NCBI GenBank assembly: GCA_036172245.1
Contig: JAYWIR010000017.1
Span: 1,984,001 to 2,048,000, forward strand
DNA from: Raillietiella orientalis
Taxonomy: Eukaryota
DNA length: 64,000 bases
Direction: 5' to 3'
Notes under the pieces: model-generated
Told to the model about the DNA's origin: nothing
Database searches by the model: none
Seen by the model: the letters and a program-made list of their open reading frames with translations, nothing else
Translations under genes and position numbers: made by a program
In this document: piece by piece, positions 11,941-23,720 of the stretch
Layout: the number at the start of each line of letters is the position of its first letter
Numbering within the stretch: the stretch's first letter is position 1

Positions 11941-12111
11941 GCGGACAAGGAATCGTGCATTCAGCTTTCTGAGACGCTGGTCCAACACAAGGTTTTCCTC
12001 CACTTGATGGCGAGGGATTTGTGCAAGAACGCGCGCGTCTTCTGAATCCTTTACCACATTTATTGCTACGACATTCTGACCATGTGGACCACGCAGACCA
12101 ACCACCGTTTA
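11941..12111 (-). CDS. unc-5: UNC-5 first thrombospondin type-1 repeat exon (phase 1-1, 171 nt)
   Basis: Acceptor atcctag, donor gtaggt. Translation [57 protein letters not shown]. Confidence 0.96.
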
Positions 12112-12516
12112 CTAGGATTACAAAAAGAGCTTCAGCACAATGGCACATAAATTGCCTTTGTTTAGAACCCCATTCTCTCGCTACTCATCACCATTTTGCT
12201 CTTCACGGAAATTTGACCCCAAATAGGAGAGCACAGAAGGATGATATCCACACATGCTTACACACAGAAATGAACGTGCGTGATTGTCACACACGTTTAT
12301 TTCAAGACAAGGTTAAAGTGAAAGAAGTAATGAAACCACATCTTTGTATACAAAAAATGAATGTACCCGCAGGGCCTTACATACTTATAGAAGAGATTCC
12401 TGCAAATACTTTCGGAGTACGAAAATGTATTTCGGTATGTAAAAACAAACACCTTCAGGATTCTATTGTTTAGGAGATGAAAGATGCTGTAGCAGTTTTT
12501 GTTTAGGTCGCGCGCT

Positions 12517-12970
12517 ATGATCACGGCGACATCCAACGATGCTAACGTAAGTTTTACTATCTGTATTTTTTTTTCACACCACGCTTATTCGAATTAAATT
12601 CTTTGGAGCTGCTTCCTTGAGAACGGATGTTTCGAAATGCGTCCTTGCTTCTGGAGTTGCGCTTCGAGTTGCTGTCTTTATCAAGTCGTATGTTTTGTTC
12701 TAGGATTCGAAAGGAGTGTCTGCGATCATCCAGAGAAGCCGCCTTCTTATAACGTTCAACCTGACATTACCAAGAATGTTACCGCCAAAATATTTCAAGA
12801 TCAATGGCAAAATGTGCGATAAATTGAGTCAAGAATTGCGTTTGAGGTCTTCGGAGCTATTTCTTGTGCAGAAATTAGTGAAAACTTGTTTGACAGCAAC
12901 AGAATTCGAAAAGCAAGAAAGCATGGCGAAAATATGCAGCATTACAAGTCGATTCCGTTCCGTTACATGA
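12517..12970 (+). CDS. Hypothetical nested antisense two-exon ORF (12517-12546 + 12704-12970, 98 aa)
   Basis: Acceptor tttttgtttag (AG 12505-12506), ATG at 12517, donor gtaagt at 12547, acceptor ttttgttctag (AG 12702-12703). The phase-0 join is open to TGA at 12968-12970. No homology or expression evidence. Confidence 0.25.
12599..12791 (+). repeat. Inverted-repeat arm B: inverted duplicate of unc-5 9065-9248 inside the Ig2-TSP1 intron
   Basis: The plus strand encodes RPCFWSCASSCCLYQV...GFERSVCDHPEKPPSYNVQPDITKNVT, nearly identical to the minus-strand unc-5 frame. Confidence 0.97.
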
Positions 12971-15369
12971 TAGATAACAGAACAGCCAAAAAGATTATAG
13001 ATATATAACCAATTCTTCAGCCTAAAAGGAAAAAAAAATTGCCCTCTTCAATGTATTAGAGCTAACTTGACTACATGATCGTCTCAGCCAAGGATTTGGG
13101 ACTTTTATGTCGATGGCTTTACGTAGACCGATGCACAGCACGACTTCAACACTACTGAATGAGAAATAGAAGTTTAACCGATACCACACCTCTAAGTTTT
13201 CCTAAAAAGGGAAGAACGGAGGAAAACGTGGATTTCTTTCCCACTCACTACAGGTATTCGAAGAAAAACTGAAATAGGCGCGAAAGGTCTGGAAATTTTG
13301 AAGTCCAAAACAAGCATCGGGTTCATCTTGTGATTGCAACCTGCTTGATTCACAAAGCACAACGCTTGCAGATCGGAGTTCACAAAAGCTGAGAGCGGCT
13401 CAATGATTCATAAGCAACAATTTTTATTTCCAAATGAAAATACTTTGGGGAAAAGCTTCCTTCCTTGAAAACTCTGCATGCAACAAGCATTTTGACCCGG
13501 ATCTCTCGGGGCGATTATTCTTCTCTCTATTATTGATCTGTTCAATCTAAATGATTAAACAGATCTCAATGCAAGGAACTCTACTATAGGGTGGCAGACC
13601 AAAATGTTTTATTTTATAGATTTTTTTTTTCTTTTACTGGTAACGTCTAATCTGCAATTTGCATTTAAGAGGCTCCAGAAGCTGTGAATGGATGAGCATA
13701 CGCTCACAGAGAAGGAATTGAAAACTCGAATGGTGACCAAGCACGATGCCACGCTTTGTGCACCTATTCTTGGAGCTCATTAATGCTGCATCAATCGTGA
13801 AAACTAGGCAACAGACCTAAAAGATTTGAGAGCATTCAGGAAATGAAATCCATCAAACATTATCAGAAATACCAAGGAAATGCATCTGACAGATGCATCA
13901 GTTTTGCGCAATATCGTATCGATTATCGAGAGCTTCTAACACTATAAGCCCAATGTGTCGCTTACCGGCTCCAAAAATTTCAACAAATCCAGATGTGAGG
14001 CATCAAAAATTTCGAGTATGAAAAAGCGGCAAAAGAATTTTAAAAAAATGTCAGAAGTAAATGTGAATGATAGTAAATGAAAAAATGTAAAAACCCTTGC
14101 ATACCCATGCTAGCAGCATGATACTTAAAGATGCACATGTTAAACATACAGCTCTGTGAAGAAAGAGTTGCTATGTTTCAACTGTCAGCGAGAACCTTCC
14201 TATGGTGAATCTTTGCCCGCGCTCTTGCACTTTAAAAAAAAAAAAAAAAAAAATGCTCAAAAAGAATCGAATCTTTTCGTATTAAAAACGGCAAGGGTTC
14301 GATGATGCCAACGAACCTTTGCCACTTTCCGCTGCTACGCACGTTTCTCTCCCTTGCACGTAATCCCTTCTTCTTCCCTGGTGAAACCGAATGTTTTCAC
14401 GGGAAAAAAAGGCTCAGAGTAGAGCAGTGTCGATATCGGCAACAGAATGCGGCATTATCACTATACGCCCTAGTTGTCTATTTTCCACTTTCAAGACGCA
14501 AGAGTGCATACTCAGCATCCTTGAAATATAGAGTGGAAATCCACGAAAGCAGAAGAGGTGCAAAGCAAGAAGAAAAAATGTCGAATGCTCGACATGCAGG
14601 GAAAGTTTCCCTCTTCTTACTCTACACCTCTTCTGGCTTCGTGGATTTCCACTTTTCCGGCACGTCAAACATTCGACATTTCATGTTGAACTCATGCTCG
14701 TTCTCCCCTCCACCGCAGAACGCAGCTCGAAACGAGAAGATCCGGAAACTTTTTGTCATGGTGGTTTGCGAAGATCTTAAGGGTTACGGAACAATCTCTA
14801 AACAGAACATTCGCGTGGAGTTCTAAATTACGATTTTTGAAGGAAAGAGCTTCAAAGAGCTGGAAAATGCCACCAGAGGATATTCGTGAAGGTATCTATG
14901 CCTCCTCCGATGACGAAAAAATGACATGAAATTACTTTGACCACTTGAAATCGCTGAATGGTTGCGTATTGCCACGCGACGGTTGTGGTCACCCTAACGC
15001 TGCCGAACGCGCTCCTCCGGAAATACCATATTCCTGTCAGGTCACATGAGTCCTTTTAGACATAATTTAAATTAGAAAAGCTTTTCCTCCACAGTGCTTC
15101 TTCTTCAAAGAATCACATTCTTCATAAACCTTTTGCATCATTTCGTCTCGTCTCGTCCTCGCCGGCTGCTCACCACTTTATGTCCCACAGATCGAACGCA
15201 GTGAATGTCATTGCTGCCTCTACACACCCCTTGCTCTTATTTTCGGGTAAATATCACGTTTTCCTAAGGTTGCTAAGTTCTCTCTAAGGTGCTACAGGTG
15301 CGATTTCGTGCTGGACTGCCTAGGCAATGGTTTTACTTCGCCAAAGCAATAATTATGCCTTTTATTCTG

Positions 15370-15620
15370 AAAACTCCTGGCAAACATCCCCAGGATGATA
15401 AAGAGTCAGCTGAAACGGCCTGACTGTAGTGTCGAGCAATAGATAAAAATTTCTGATCAAGGTAGTCCGCTGTTCCTCCTCCTCTATAAAAATTAGTGCT
15501 AGCTGGTATGCATTCGGAAAGATGGTGATTGAATGGGCTTACGAGCGTCGCCCACCGATCAGCAGTCGCGAATCTCTCGAGCTGAAGAGTGTTCAAAGGC
15601 TTATACTTGCTTTCTGTGGA
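15370..15620 (+). mobile_element. Decayed LINE RT C-terminal fragment, antisense in an unc-5 intron
   Basis: Single frame 15405-15608: VS*NGLTVVSSNR*KFLIKVVRCSSSSIKISASWYAFGKMVIEWAYERRPPISSRESLELKSVQR, colinear with LSWN.H.....ANR.L.FL.R...C....K..AY...VRP.LEYA...W.P........LE.VQR. Confidence 0.6.
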
Positions 15621-17299
15621 GGACACTTATGCTTAGTACCTTTCCTCACAAGGCTTCTGTCACGCCGGTATACGATGCCTCTGGGAACATGAGCGCAACT
15701 GATGTTTATCATTTGCCCAACTGGCAGACAAAAAAAAAAAAACCAACGAAAGTTGCTGAATACCATGAGAAGATCTACATGTCTGTAGAGCGGCATAAAT
15801 TGGATACCCTTTTCGCATAATCAGGAGATGATTATTCATGGGAGGTGCGTGAAGGCGCATGGTTTCTCGGTATAAGTTTGACGTATAGAAGGAGGCAAAG
15901 AAGAGTCGTTCCTTTTTTTCTTTCGAGTAGTCATGGATGAGTGATAGATCGATTGAGAACGTTACTGTCAAACAGTGAACGGAACCTTTCTTGATGAGGG
16001 TACGAAGTGCACAAGAAAGCAAACATTCCTACCAGATCAAGCAAGGCACTCGTCGCAGAGGCAGCAAAAAACAACACATCTCTATCGTCCCACTATTGAA
16101 AAGCCCTACTTGTTTGTAACTTGCGTCAAAATAAGTCATAGGTGGACAATATTCGCATAAAACAATTCCATGTGTACGATCTGCAAAAAAACGGGGAAAA
16201 GACCACAAGTTTGCAGTTTGCCTGCACTTGAACATTGGAGAGTTTCATACATGGCACACGATATATAGAAATCGTCAAGAAGAACCAAGATTAGGTCACA
16301 ATTTAGAAGTTTTCCTCAATGTCCAGCTCAATAGAAGCTAATCATCTGAGCTATGCTTTCAAAGACCATCTGCTCCTGATGCACACTGCCTCCCAGCTTC
16401 TCTGCAGCTTCTAAAACCCCCTTGATGGGACATATATAATGCCTTTAAGATAAAACTATGTAAATATGTCCACATCAAACAAATGCCACGTCGTCCTTGC
16501 AGTGGACTGCATGCAGCAGAGGTAGCAACGGAAGCAATTAGAAACAAAAAAGAGAATAGTACTAGAGCGATGTATGAACTTCTGGGGGAAAAAGATAGGG
16601 CGTTTGCAATCAGCCTCACTCAGCCAGAAGAAGGTAGGAAAGGACGGACGGTGCGTAGTCACGGTTCCAAACGAGTGGGCGGACAGGGTGTGCGCCCGGT
16701 GACCACGGCGCAAAAGCGGACTGCAACAGGCAAGGATTTCACCATCTGTCTATTATTTTGGATGAGTCTGCAGTGTGCATCAACTTCCAACTGCAAGCGG
16801 CACGATCACCTCTTCGACACGACCGTTCCGACGACCGTAGCCAACTGATGTACACCCATCTTACGCAACCTCAAGTGGATCTCTGCGCACACTCTCAATG
16901 TGCGCCACGTTTGAAATGGCACTCGAAGTGCGTATGCGCACGTCTTAATTCATTTCCTGTCTAGTTGTAACATTCGCACCGCGCTCATCTCATTTTTTTC
17001 GAAACCATCGTGTGCAACAGAAGTGAAAGTCATGCTGGGATGAAGCAGGCAGGAAAATTACAGAAACATCTTCCTCGACAGCAAACACACGAAGGATCGC
17101 AAGGGATGAAATGGAACAAGAACCACAAAAGCTGCTATTGACTACGAGAACAGATGGGATGCACAGAAGAATGAGTTCAAATTTTGCACCATTCGGCTGG
17201 TGCAAGACCTTCCGAGGAAGGATCGCCGTTCAACAAGAGATGGAAAGCGCTCCCCAGAAGGCAAAGAGAAAAAGTTGCCTCCTCCCTCCCGTTTCTTAC

Positions 17300-17584
17300 C
17301 ATGGACCGTTAAGGTCGCCTGCTCGCTGACTCGACGATGAGCCACGTTCTCCGCAATGCACGTGTAATTCCCGGTTTCGTTTAACCCTGCCTGGACTATG
17401 ATCAAACTTCCCTCGCTGGTGATGAGGTAATTCTTCTCCTCTTTAGGGTTGATAAGCACTCCATTCTTCAGCCACGAAATCTGAGGAGGAGGAAACCCTT
17501 CAGGAGGGAGGCATCTCATCTCGACTTGTGTGTCGACTTCCACGCTCTGAGAATACGGGTGCTCCAGGAACTGTTTTTTGATAT
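17300..17584 (-). CDS. unc-5: UNC-5 Ig2 exon (phase 1-1, 285 nt)
   Basis: Acceptor ttttcccgtag, donor gtaaga. Translation HIKKQFLEHPYSQSVEVDTQVEMRCLPPEGFPPPQISWLKNG...GSLIIVQAGLNETGNYTCIAENVAHRRVSEQATLTVH, in frame with both neighbouring exons. Confidence 0.96.
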
Positions 17585-17805
17585 CTACGGGAAAAAAAAG
17601 TCACCTTGCATATAGATCTAAGGAGCAAGGAGCTCTTTTCAAAGTTGCTCGCTTAAGAAAAAATCGTTTTCTTTTACGAATGCTCGTCAAGTTGAGAGCA
17701 AAACAAGCACAGATTCAGAGAGAGAGAGACTTCCTGAAAAGAAAAAAACTTTCCGTTGTTCTGAGGCGCCAGATAATATCTGGGGCCGTTTCGTTCAGCA
17801 AAGCC

Positions 17806-17869
17806 GCTCTCGAGAAATGCCAGGACCAACTGTGCACTCAAACAGTTGGTCCTGGCATTTCTCGAGAGC
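17806..17869. other. Perfect hairpin, 28-bp stem and 8-nt loop (pre-miRNA-sized), in an unc-5 intron
   Basis: gctctcgagaaatgccaggaccaactgt (17806-17833) is the exact reverse complement of 17842-17869; the loop is gcactcaa. Confidence 0.95.
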
Positions 17870-18322
17870 TCACAAGTTCTTCCATCCTCGCCTTTCTTGC
17901 ATCTCTGGAATCGTCCCTGGATACACTCGATCTGCACACTTCCGAGCAATGAGGCAGTCCTCCACCACCTTCCCTCCCCCCATTCTCCGACGCCCCGGGG
18001 TACCCGGGTGGCAACCCCCATTCTCCGATGTAAAAAGAGTCCCTTCATAAGTTTCTTGGGTTTTCGAATGCTGAGCAAATGAAAAAAATCATTCTGAGGC
18101 TATTCAGATGTGCACCGCAGCAATGGAACACTTGGCAAGAGGAAAATGTTCTTCGCGTTCTGTTCCAACGTGCTGCTTGTTCATTAGTTTGAAACCACTA
18201 CTCAATCGGCCGTGACTACGAGTGCAGCGTGCATTTGCACTGCGCAGCAAAACACCACCCGGTTGGCATGCGGCTCATTGGACGTGATCCTGGAGCACAG
18301 GCACAATCTCCAGAGATCGTAC

Positions 18323-19703
18323 CAAAATACGATCGATACACGAGCATTTTCATCTATAATGGACTCGCTTTTTTCTGGAACCACAAGGTTTTGTGGCTCG
18401 GTGGCTCCGCGTACTGTAAACCCCATACCTGCGCGCTTCTCTTCCCTTCTGTTTGACACCGGCTTCGGAATGGCTTGACCTCAATATTCCAGGCAGGAGA
18501 GTGTGCTAAGCCTGTGCCACTCGGTAGCGTTTTGTTTCCCTAGAACTTGCGCAACTTCCCACACGGAGTGGAAGCCCATTGCATGGCGGCAAATGCTCAA
18601 ACAACATCCACTTTTCCCTTCAGGTGTGATTTCATCTTCATGAAGGTTTCTTCCTCCCTAGCTTCGATGATAATAACTGGTTACGATGCTAGTACGTAAC
18701 AATTTTGCTATTGACTTTTTTCTCCCCTCCGCGAGTGACATTTTTTCCAACAGAAGCGCCTTCCTGTGAACGGAAAAATTTGCTGACCTGCAATCTAACG
18801 AGTCCTCATTTGGTGATTTTCCTTTCTTCACAAGCTCTCTCTCTCTTTTTTTCGAAGACAGCACTTCTACAAACCTAACAACTTTGAGCATCCCATAAAC
18901 GATTGTGCACACCTAGCAGCTTCCTACTCGGTCCACCTTCACGGCGTCCAGAATGCAAAGCTTCTTAAGAACGAGCACAGAAACACGCAAGAATCCGTGT
19001 AGGAATAGGAGACGAAAACGGCACATTTCCCAAGATTCTCCGGGCTTCGGGAAGACAGGTGTGTAAACGGGAAGCAGCAGGAATGGCAAGCCATGCAATG
19101 AACTATTTCCTTCAAGAAGGCAAGCCTCTAGTTCAATAAACAGCCATGGTTTTTTGTGAGCGCATCGAAATCGGACCATACGTAAATCATCCCAGCCGAA
19201 TCAGGTTCCCTAGCAACTCACTCTGCGTATAAGTGAGGTTACACACGATTCACTCCGTGGAAGCAGCAAGTGCTTTCGCAGCAAAAAAAATTCCTTCAAC
19301 ATCCTTGCTGATGCTCTTGAGAAGGACGACAGAGAAAAACGCCTCCGAGAAACTTCTGAAACCTCGCCGAGTTTTCTACGAACAAAACGACGAGCGTGGA
19401 ATGACAAACGACTGTTTGACTTGGGGTCTGCGAACTGCTGTGAGCAGAACAACAAAAAATTATGAAGCCACTGACGATTCGACTTCCTATTGTCAAGTAG
19501 CTGTCCGTGTTTTAATGGAGTCAAAACAAAATACGATACACGAGCATTTTCATCTGCAAAGGACTCTCGCTTTCTTCTGGAACCACAAGGTTTTGTGGCT
19601 CGGTGGTTCCGCATACTGTAAGCCCCGTACCTGCGCGCTTCTCTTCCCTTCTGTTTTGACACCGGCTTCGGGATGACTTAACCTCTTATTCCAGGCAGGA
19701 GAG
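18323..19703. repeat. Direct repeat pair of ~178 bp (18323-18501 and 19527-19703)
   Basis: Both copies read caaaatacgat...acacgagcattttcatct...ttctggaaccacaaggttttgtggctcggtgg...acctgcgcgcttctcttcccttctgttt...gacaccggcttcgg...tattccaggcaggagag, with scattered substitutions and small indels. Confidence 0.95.
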
Positions 19704-20747
19704 AGAAGAATGCGAAAGAAAGACTTCGAGCAAGGGCGGTATAGGCGAGGATGGAAACGAAAGAGAGACTATGCCCAAAGGGTTCCTCCTATTGCACGAT
19801 CACTACTGAAGTTAGCATGAAGGCTGCTCACAACCACAAAGGAGCACACGTGAACTGAGAAAACCATGACACTGAACTGACGATTTCGTTGCTGAACATC
19901 CAAAGAGCAAAGAGGGGAAATTTCGGAATATTCGGGAAGTTTCCACACCCAATTTCGAAGCTGCGGCACCATGCCTGAGAGGCTTTTCAAGAGCTCCTGA
20001 CTGTGCATGCGATCCCACAATGATTTGCTGGCTCCACACTTTCGATTACTCCAAAGTTGGTTGGAACGCTTAAAAATAGACGGAACAGACAATTTGCGAA
20101 TTCCTCAACGGAAAATAACGAAAAATTCCGGAATCCAGAAAAAGAACTCCGCGCCCGCGAACAGTTTTTTTTTTTCCTAAGTAACACCGCGAGTTCAAAA
20201 ATTCCTCAATGAGCTTCCCTGAACACCACGCATTTTAATTAAATAGATGAATTGCGTACGCGAACACTTGTTTCCACCTCAGGATCTCTCCCCAAATGGG
20301 GTCTTTGAAACCTAGGTTATTTTTCATTTCCAGAGCAATGCTTCTTACGTTCACAGTTCACACACTGGGAGGGGGGGGGGAGTGATCGAACGACCGTCTG
20401 CAGAATACGAGCATCTTTTAGGTGGTCGGACACTAAAGATGATGAAAGAGATGGGAAAGACCTTTACTCTTGAGTGTTTACAGTGAGATTAAAAAAACAC
20501 GCCTCTGAGGTTTCCGGTGCCACGGTGCAGCTTTGTAACCATGCTGCAAACTCTTTGTCGATAAAATGTTCCAAATTCTTGTAATCCCCCCCCCCCCCAA
20601 TGTTTTCCTAATTATATACCACCAATTTTGGAACAGTTTTTGGCGTCACACTTGTGTGAAATTCTACGAACGCTCACTTTAAAATCCGAACGAAAGCTGC
20701 GCAAGTAGCGACGGCAGACAACAGAATCCCACAAAAGTTCTACTTAC

Positions 20748-21125
20748 GAGCTACTAAGATCTTGGCTACATCGCTCTTGATCTCTTTTCCGTTTGCCCAT
20801 GCGTAACATTCGCATTCGTAGGTTCCGTCGGAGAGCGCTTCCTCCACCTGCTTGCGAGTCACGCTCACTTGCAGGGAAATCCGACGCACCCCGGTCAGGG
20901 GATCCACGTGGTCGTGTTCGACTTGTTGGCTGTCATGCACCCAGTCCCCGTTGCACTTGATCTGCACTTGCTGAACGCTGATCGCCGTGCACTTCATCGT
21001 GGCCGCCTTGTTTTTGGTCACATAGCCATCCTGCGGTACTTCCACAAACGAGGGGGGGTGCTCCAGAGCTCCGTTGTCCAAAACTACGTTGAGAGTTTCC
21101 GTTCCCAAATCACCTTTTTGCACCT
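20748..21125 (-). CDS. unc-5: UNC-5 netrin receptor, Ig1 exon (phase 1-1, 378 nt)
   Basis: Poly-T tract plus tttag acceptor (21127-21126), donor gtaagt (from 20747). Translation PPSFVEVPQDGYVTKNKAATMKCTAISVQQVQIKCNGDWV...VSVTRKQVEE...YECECYAW is the typical UNC5 Ig1 pattern. Confidence 0.95.
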
Positions 21126-23379
21126 CTAAAAAAAAAAAAAAAAAAAAAAAAAAAGTTAAGTATACGAACATTGCACGGTATGGAGCAATTTCAAACGAAA
21201 CTGCATCTCCGGGGAACGGACCCGGACACTCAAATTTGCTCGTATTTTGAGCGCAGTTGGACTTTCAGTTCGATCCTTTCAATGGGCTCGTTCTGGAGGA
21301 GGACGGATCGTCAAATTCCAGGATCGCGAAGCAACCGAGTTAAGTCTTTGGCTCTCCGTCCTTACTCGTACGACAGACATAGCAACCATTCATGAAATCT
21401 CGAATCTTGAAACTATGTGGTTTGCGAGGACCTCGCGACTTTTAGTTTATTCCCCCCCTCCCTCCCTCCGGGTGCAAATTTGAACTTGAGGCATCAGAGC
21501 ACAGAATGACCCATTCAGTAAAACCGGAGACGTCAGCCAACATCTCAGTTATTCGTCATGGGAATTGATACACAAGTTTTCTGCATCCGGCTGCAGCTGA
21601 TCCTGACCGGTGGCTAGAAAATCCACTGAAGGGCGACCTTGTGCATCCTGATATGAATTCCAGATTCACATTTCCTGAATTCGAGACTTAAAACAAAGCT
21701 CTGTTAAGATGAAGAGATCGAAAGAATCTGGAAAAACGTGACAAAAAGGTTTTTATTTGGCTCTACCTTTCTGAATTTGCTCGACACGGACTCCCCACAA
21801 CAGTGACAGGAAACACAGTGTAGGGAGCATTCTCCGAAAGGTGGAATTCCTTGTCTAGATGGCTTCAAGCTTTCCTCCTCCTCCTCCTTGAAAAACAAAA
21901 CTTGCTGAGTACACAGAACGGAAAACGAGAAAGCATCATCATTTCAGCATTTTCTGCACGCAAACTTTTCGATAGCCTTAGAAAGGTACGGTGCCTTCAC
22001 GCCGCGAGTAAAAAAAAAAAAAAAAAAAAAAAACACCAAATAGGTACCCAAAGTCGGGAACGACATCCACAGTGCTTTGCAGGGATGGGTGGTGCTGTCA
22101 TTGGCACTCTTAAAAGAACACGCACTCGTGCAACGAGGGTGGGTCACGATTCTCGCGCAGAGTGGCGTCCACTTACGCTTAGCCGAGATCTTCCCCCACG
22201 TACGCTTAGAAGTACCGCGGTCACATGACCACAGTTGAGAACCTTCGCTGAGAACATGGGACTGATTCCAGCTCGTGAAAAAGGAAAGAGAGCGCTGAAT
22301 GCTAGCGGAACTTCATGAAGCAATTTTGGTCTCGTGACAGCACACAGTGCGGAAACCCCGGTTACACACGTGGATTTAAATCCGCCAGAGACGAACAGGG
22401 GGAAGATCGCACACTTCCCCACAAGATTCTGCGTACGCTGAATAGGAAAGCAAGCAAACCACTTCAGGGAACCGAAGCTGGTGCTGATGAATCAGGTTGC
22501 AGGTTGATTATCGGAAGGCATCAATCATATCAGAGGTCAAACATAAGCTCATAAGTTCTGAAAACAGAACCTACGGAAAACTTTTGGGATTTGCGGATCT
22601 ATGCAAACTGGTGTGCTTCAAACGGAGCCCCACGCAACGCCTACGAAAACGTAACGCAATTTTCAAATTCCTTGAATAAACAGCCACATGCCAGTCGGTT
22701 TTCGATCTGTGACTTTGTACAGCTACCTTCTCGAGGCAGTCGTTTATCCGAACATCAAAATAGCAGAACACGGATGCATCTTCTCTGCCTGCATGTCAGT
22801 ATATTATCTACGTCCACATCTCACATCAACCCTTTACACGGGTAGCAAGAATCAGAACGAAACATTTCCCACACCACCAAATGCAAGCCAGTGTCCAAAG
22901 GAATTTCGAGACAAAAAAAAAAAAAAAACACTTGTGACTATACACTTTTTTTTGGAGAACGCCATCATGCACTAGACCTGGCTCTGTATTTCAAAATGCT
23001 CTTTTGAATCTCTCCTTCAGTGATACCACTGCTATGATAAAGCTATCATGATTACACCATGACAGTAAAGAAAATACTTCTTATTTAGTTGCTCCTGGTT
23101 GAAGCCAAGCGAAATTGCTTGAAGACAACAGAGGAAAAGATCGTGTTCTCTTTGGACGGGCGATTCTGGTGACGGGTCCACAGGAAATGTCGTTGACTCT
23201 CCTCTACTCGGACCTCCTCCTCATTTGCTGGTTTACGTGCCATACTTTTCGAAGCGAACGGAGATTTCACTTCCTTCGATGGTTCGCGGTTTAATTGACC
23301 CACTTCCTTTCCAGCACCAAGCAATATACTCCACTTCTCTTCATTTCATTTTGCCCAGTTTTATATAATACACGTAACA

Positions 23380-23720
23380 AAATATTATGGTGTAATCCCT
23401 TTACGAACGAGGCGAGATGCTGTATGAGCGAAAAGAACCCACTCCAGGGAACCCGGTGAGATTCGTTGCTGCATGACTCGTCGCCTCATTACAAAGCGAT
23501 GACCTGTTGCGATTTGGGAGGGAGGACAATTCTACGAGGGTTAATCGAAATATCGATTTCGTGACTTCTGGAGGAGGCGACAGGAGAGGAATCGGAATTC
23601 CGCATAAAGGACGGCCATTCGTAAAAAGGCTACGATTTAAAAAGGATGTGCTTAGCACCTGTGTTTGTACACGCGCCGACTACACATGCAAGCAGTACAA
23701 CGAACACAAGAGTACATCCT
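23380..23720 (+). mobile_element. Possible decayed LINE AP-endonuclease fragment
   Basis: KILWCN (~I.TWN), VASLQS...RFG (~I..LQE.RW.G), FVTSGGGDRRGIGI (~SG.....GVG). Weak and judged by eye. Confidence 0.3.

Noticed and set aside
14490..14580. RRKSAYSASLKYRV resembling a Brinker/pogo DNA-binding N-terminus
   Set aside because: A single short motif with no downstream transposase signal.
20439..20510. C/D-box snoRNA-like ATGATGA...CTGA
   Set aside because: Antisense to the host intron, with no terminal stem and no recognisable rRNA guide.
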